From Elainellaceae cyanobacterium (GTDB lineage: Bacteria > Cyanobacteriota > Cyanobacteriia > CAZCXK01), in NCBI GenBank assembly GCA_051117555.1, contig JBNPEG010000180.1:1-30022 (forward strand): a stretch of DNA of 30,022 nucleotides. The letters are read 5' to 3'. The position numbers and the translations under genes are program-made. The number at the start of each line of letters is the position of its first letter. The stretch's first letter is position 1. Under the pieces are notes generated by a model, which made no database searches, was not told where the DNA came from, and worked only from the letters and a program-made list of their open reading frames with translations. Below are positions 28,616 through 30,022 of the stretch, piece after piece.

Positions 28616-29695
28616 ATGATTAATCGACGTTGTCTGCTGCGAACCTTTTTTCCACTATTTGCCGCTGTGCTACTTTGGGTCATTGCCTGTCAACCACAAC
28701 CCCAGTCAGAATCTGCATCATCTCCTACGTCATCGCCAGCCAACGAGGCTCCAGTGTATCTAAATGGCACAGGCGCAAGCTTTCCTTTCTTTATCTATCA
28801 GCGCTGGTTTAGCGAATATAACACCCTGCACCCCAACGTGCAGATCAACTATCAGCCCACTGGGAGCCAGGTAGGCATTCAGCAAATGATATCGGAGACG
28901 ATTGACTTTGGTGCAAGCGATGTCGCCATGACTGATGAACATATCAGCCAAGCAGAAGATAGCATCGTCATGGTGCCGATGACCGCAGGCAGTGTGGCGA
29001 TCGCCTATAATTTACCCGGTGTTGAAAGCGGATTAAACCTTCCTCGCAGCGTCTATCCCGATATTTTTCTGGGCAAAATCACCACCTGGAATGATCGTCG
29101 ACTTGCAGACGCAAACCCAGATATGTCCTTACCCGATTTGCCCATCGTGTTAGTGCATCGCGCTGATGGAAGCGGCACCACGGCAGCGGTTACTCGACAT
29201 TTGAGCGCTATTAGCCCCAGTTGGGAGGAGCAAATTGGAACTGGGCTGAGCGTGCAGTGGGCAACGGGAGTCGGCGTTAAGGCAAATGCCGGAGTCAGTG
29301 CCCAGATTCAACAGGCAGAAGGCGCCATTGGCTACGTGGAATATAGCTATGCACAGCAGCTTGATATGCCGATAGCTGCACTTGAGAACAAAGCCGGACA
29401 GTATGTATTGCCGGATGTGGAATCAACCGCTAATGCCCTTGACAATATCCAGCTTCCAGACAACTTGCGAGCATTTGTTCCTGACCCCGATGGTGCGGAT
29501 GCTTACCCTATTTCGACCTATACCTGGATGTTGGCATACAAACAGTATGACGACCCGGCAAAAGCCAACGCCCTCAAAGACCTATTTCAATGGTGTTTGA
29601 CAGACGGGCAGCAATACAGCGAAGAACTCGGATATGTGCCGTTGCCAGACGACGTGGTGGGTCGAGTGTTAGAAGCTGTTGAGCAGATTCAGTGA
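28616..29695 (+). CDS. pstS: Phosphate ABC transporter substrate-binding lipoprotein
   Basis: Lipobox-like VIAC, GTGASFP, INYQPTGS, DFGASD, HRADGSGTT, GAIGYVE and AYPISTYTW. Start set at the ATG at 28616. Confidence 0.93.
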   Translation: MINRRCLLRTFFPLFAAVLLWVIACQPQPQSESASSPTSSPANEAPVYLNGTGASFPFFIYQRWFSEYNTLHPNVQINYQPTGSQVGIQQMISETIDFGASDVAMTDEHISQAEDSIVMVPMTAGSVAIAYNLPGVESGLNLPRSVYPDIFLGKITTWNDRRLADANPDMSLPDLPIVLVHRADGSGTTAAVTRHLSAISPSWEEQIGTGLSVQWATGVGVKANAGVSAQIQQAEGAIGYVEYSYAQQLDMPIAALENKAGQYVLPDVESTANALDNIQLPDNLRAFVPDPDGADAYPISTYTWMLAYKQYDDPAKANALKDLFQWCLTDGQQYSEELGYVPLPDDVVGRVLEAVEQIQ

Positions 29696-29765
29696 TTCTT
29701 TGCTCAATTCATATAGAACTAATGACAGATGAAATACCGAGTTCAACCAGCAGACAATCAAGCTA

Positions 29766-29857
29766 TATAGCAATCCCATCTGGGTTGTGAGTGGTGGGGC
29801 GGGCGGCGCCCGCCCCACCACTCACACACAATTCACAAGCAATTTAGGATCGCTGTA
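29766..29857. mobile_element. ~92-bp MITE-like foldback element (TATAGC-ended family), copy 2; may also act as a pstS terminator
   Basis: Outer 25-nt imperfect inverted repeats (18/25) and a perfect 19-bp stem at 29786-29804/29808-29826 with a GGC loop. Confidence 0.62.
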
Positions 29858-30022
29858 GAACACTGAACGATTAAATCATGACTGCTGTGCGAGGGCTTGT
29901 TTGCTTCTTTAGAGTACAAGAGATGAGTCGACACGCTGGCGATCGCCCTAATGTCTTAATGTCCTCAGGAGTAGGCCATTAGATACTTGAACGTTTATAC
30001 TTTTCTATCTTTTGTCGGAAAC

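Noticed and set aside
29722..29982. pstC start interrupted by the foldback element
   Set aside because: The short frames on either side (MTDEIPSS..., MTAVRGL...) stop quickly and show no PstC-like transmembrane segment.

Overview
This is chromosomal DNA from a cyanobacterium: about 38 HIP1 octamers (GCGATCGC) counted by eye, cyanobacterial-type REP/STRR repeats and cyanobacterial gene families. In order the window holds: (1) the 3' part of a dpp/opp-type peptide ABC operon with a DUF1028 Ntn-hydrolase gene inside it; (2) a minus-strand cluster of sensor globin, Roadblock/MglB, MglA/CvnD-like small GTPase and DUF4388(PATAN-like)-wHTH protein; (3) PRC-barrel and membrane coiled-coil genes; (4) metF and trpS; (5) a small coiled-coil gene coupled to a DUF429 gene, then an ABC exporter; (6) an addB-like gene and an addA-like helicase that breaks off at a HIP1 site; (7) a HIP1-free gene for a two-TM, coiled-coil, NERD-nuclease protein; (8) a DDOR-PrxII/PerR peroxide locus; (9) EF-hand, LysR, lipoprotein phosphoesterase and an orphan pstS. 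The best candidates for new biology are the globin-coupled small-GTPase module (4303-7182) and the receptor-like NERD nuclease at the HIP1 breakpoint in addA (19965-22430). All calls come from reading motifs by eye. No database searches were run.
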